Shown here: positions 49,607 to 52,598 of the stretch, piece after piece
Position numbering within the stretch: position 1 is the first letter of the stretch
Layout of the letters: every line of letters starts with the position of its first letter
Origin: Psammoneis japonica
Lineage: Eukaryota
Length of the DNA stretch: 52,598 bases
Assembly (NCBI GenBank): GCA_008632985.1
Contig: QPGO01000336.1
Location: 1 to 52,598, forward strand
Reading direction: 5' to 3'
Notes under the pieces: model-generated
Told to the model about the DNA's origin: nothing
What the model saw: the letters and a program-made list of their open reading frames with translations, nothing else
Databases searched by the model: none
Translations under genes and position numbers: made by a program

Positions 49607-50774
49607 GTGGGGTGGTGATGGCTACTACTTCGCAGTTATCACCCCCACACGACGGGATTGCCGGGAAACAACTCCGGCACGTTTGTGAATTCTTCCGCTT
49701 CATGTCGCGTCCCGCATGCATCGTACTTGGATCGCGAGCGGAGTTTTCCCGCCAAAAATACCGGCAGACAAAATGAAATTTTCATATCGAATTTTTATTT
49801 ATTTAGGACGGAGAAACTTGACGTCGTAGTTCTTAAGTGATCTGGCGTGCTTTCCACGTGTACTTAATAAAAGAAATTTTTCGACCGTTAGATCAATGAA
49901 TGATGTATTCGGATATTAATAGATCACTTATTGGACAAACTTCCGCAAATCATTTCGGACCCACACTCGCGATCTCACTCTTCGCAGACCGGAAAGCTCA
50001 CCCACCACAAAACGACATGGCATTGACACGCGTTACCAGCGGCCCTTCCCGGGCGCAGCAGCTCTTTGCTGCACCTTCTTGATGGCTTGTCAAGGGTCAT
50101 TGATGGATGAAAAAATCAAACGGCACTCTTTGTCTCTCGCTCGTTCGTCAATTTCAAAACTGAAAAGCTTTGAGTTTGCCACAACATTTTCGGTTGTCAG
50201 CCTTGCACAACAATGGCCGACATTGTTGCTGTTGCTCTCACATGGCTCTTCCCACAAGAAGTGTCCTCCTTTGATGTGTGCCAGCATTTCAAGTGTTGGT
50301 CTTAGATTGTTTCTCTCTCGACGATTTTTTGGTTTCCAGCGGCCAAGCTGTGCAACAACGTGGCGGCTGTGCCGACCAAACTCATTTTTCCATTTTTTTG
50401 TGTGGTGTCAAGGGCATGTTCATCCTGTCTCTGCAGACTTTTTCAAGCAAACAGAACATGGAATGCATTGACATGGTTGGGAAATCACATCTGAGTTTTG
50501 TCACACCACTGGGGGCACAAAGGCGTGTTTGCAATGTCAAAACACGCAGATGAGAGCAATCAACCACGAGTGCATCAACTTCTCCAACAAAGGTGCAGAC
50601 AGACAGACAAAAAAATGTCATTCCAGACAAGGTCAAAAAGCAACAATGTGCTGACAATGGCGGAACAAATCTGTGCCCAAATGACACCCCAGCCCACTTT
50701 CGGAAGTTGAGAGCTTTCACAGTGTTCCGCGACATGGAGAGTGTTGGTCAGAGCTCTTTTGCAGTGGATCAACC

Positions 50775-52553
50775 TTGTCTCTTGACCACTCTCCATTTCT
50801 GCTTCTGGCTTCATTGCAATCCATTGAAGCTTGGGTGGGTCCCTCTGCCATCACCTTCTTGGGCTCGACTCCATCCTGCCGTGTTGCCCTGGATTCAACA
50901 GCAACACCAGCAGCTTTGCATCAGGCAACTTTCAAGACTGCTGTGGAGCCAGATGATCCATCAACCACAGACTTGGGTGGACAATGATGCTGCAGCACAT
51001 CTCATGAACCTTGTCAAAATCAATCCCAAGTCCAAGGCAGGGCATGCAGCCAACTCGTGGCCACAAAGCAGGTGCCGGTGCCCCACAACCTCCTTGATTT
51101 TGTCTGGCTGGAGGCTGGGATTGGGGTGCCTTTTTGCATGTCCTCTCTCAAGATCATGGTCAATGGTGGCACCAGTGGCCCACAGGAAGTTGGTCCACAG
51201 TCAAGCCCTTGACTGGCATCATGGAAATGTCGTTGCTCCAAGGGCCTGGTCAGAATGCAGGGGTCTGTCAAAAAAGACTTTGAAAAAAGACATTTGTGGC
51301 AGTGGCAATGCAAGCTTCTTGGGAGGTCTGGGCACACTGCATCAAAAGAAAAGAAAGATGAAGAGGAGGACCTTTTGACAGACAGCAAAGCCCATGTCAA
51401 ACATGTGGGAGGCCCGCTGCACACGTGCAACAGCAAATCTTCCACCACAACAGTGTTGGAAGTCACCGTTTGACCTCTCACTGTTGTCAATGCTCCCCTG
51501 GACGTCAATGGATTGGTTGACAACATTTTGGAGTTGTTGTCTGAGAATCGCATTTTGGAGTTCTTGGCCATTGCACCCAAGCCAGCCAAAGAGGAAGAGG
51601 AGTGCAAGACAAACAGACCAAACAAAGAAGAAGCCAATGAAGCTGAAGGGGGAAATGCCTCAGAAAAGAAACCCTTGGGAGAATGATTGAACTCAACCTT
51701 TGACAAGGTTGGTGGCTTGGATGCCCAGCTGGACTCCATCATCCATTGTGTTCTTGCCAGTGGCGCCACCCCTGAAGCTGCCAAATGACTGGGCATCAAC
51801 CATGTCCAAGGCATTCTTCTGAGTTCTGAGTGGGCCTCCTGGTTGTGGGGTGACCTTGTTGGCAAGAGAGTTGGCAACCTTGTCAGGTGCCCAAGAACAA
51901 ATTGTCAACGGCCCTAAAATTCTTGATGAACTCATTCCGAAAAGCAAGTCCAAGCCCTCTTTGCTCCTGCAGAACAGAAATGCAAACAAGCTGGCAACAT
52001 GTCTGCTTTTTTCACATTGTTGCTCTCAATGAAATGGACGCCATTGCCAGAAAGAGAGGCAGCGTGACAAGCAACATGGCTGGAGTGTGTGGCAGCATTG
52101 TCAACCAACTGTTGGCCATGACATGGATGGAGTCCAAGAGGCCAACAATGTCCTCATTGTTGGACTTGTGTGAATCAACCTGATCTGCTGGATCCAGCGT
52201 TGTTGCATCCTGGTTGACTGGAAGTGCATCTTTGGGCAGAATTGCCTGATGATGCTGGCAGAAAAGACATTCTTTGAGCTCATGCAAGGTCAACAAAGGA
52301 GGCAGGAGGAGTCAGCAAAGATGCCCAAGCATGTCTTGAAGACCTTGGCAAGAAGGGATTGCCTGTCATCACAGAGCACTGCACTGGAGCTGAACTTGCA
52401 GAGGCTTGGTGCGGAGTGCTGCAAGCTTTGCCTTGGCATGCACCACAGTGGCAGCAGGATGATGATGGTGCCAATGGTGTTCTTGCAGTCAAAGACCTCA
52501 ATGATGCCTTGAGAGAAGTTCGGCCAGTCTTGGGAAGCAAGATGAAGTTTTGA
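50775..52553 (+). pseudogene. NSF: NSF/Sec18-like AAA+ ATPase relic, heavily TpA/CpG-mutated
   Basis: VGGLDAQL..I...LAS, LGINHVQGILL, GPPGCGVTLLARELA, IVNGPKILD, EMDAIARKRGS...GV..SIVNQLL, MDGVQEANNVLIVG, PG*LEV, spread over several frames. A signal-peptide-like FLLLASLQSIEAWV lies near 50790. Confidence 0.8.
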
Positions 52554-52598
52554 AGGCAAGATGTCCTCATGGCACTGGCCTTTGCTCTTCTTCCATGA

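Overview
Eukaryotic scaffold with five N-gaps, most likely from a pennate diatom (inferred from a CoDi-type Ty1/copia element, diatom-typical 'RGLE..VLxEQxxQ' proteins, helicase-associated repeats and short GT-AG introns). The window alternates between two very different kinds of DNA. (1) Ordinary gene islands (~22.6-35.7 kb, ~38.8-49.9 kb) carry a TMEM144-like transporter, pirin, two XPA-C-like paralogs, helicase/HA-repeat relics, a GNAT acetyltransferase, a GCFC/PAXBP1-like gene and a choline-transporter-like gene. (2) Blocks almost devoid of the dinucleotide TpA (1-22.5 kb, ~35.8-38.7 kb, ~50.0-52.6 kb, plus a ~0.6 kb patch at 25.5-26.1 kb) hold a Copia retrotransposon, a Mutator (MULE) transposase facing a large unknown gene, and a decayed NSF-like host gene. 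Main finding: these blocks have undergone strand-symmetric TpA->TpG/CpA hypermutation. The two Copia LTRs show it directly: 10 of 12 differences over 179 bp destroy a TpA (5 TA>TG, 5 TA>CA). It also converts conserved Tyr to Cys/His, including RT YVDD>CVDD. This looks like a RIP-like genome-defence process with chemistry opposite to fungal RIP. I know of no description of it, but could not search the literature. All counts are by eye.
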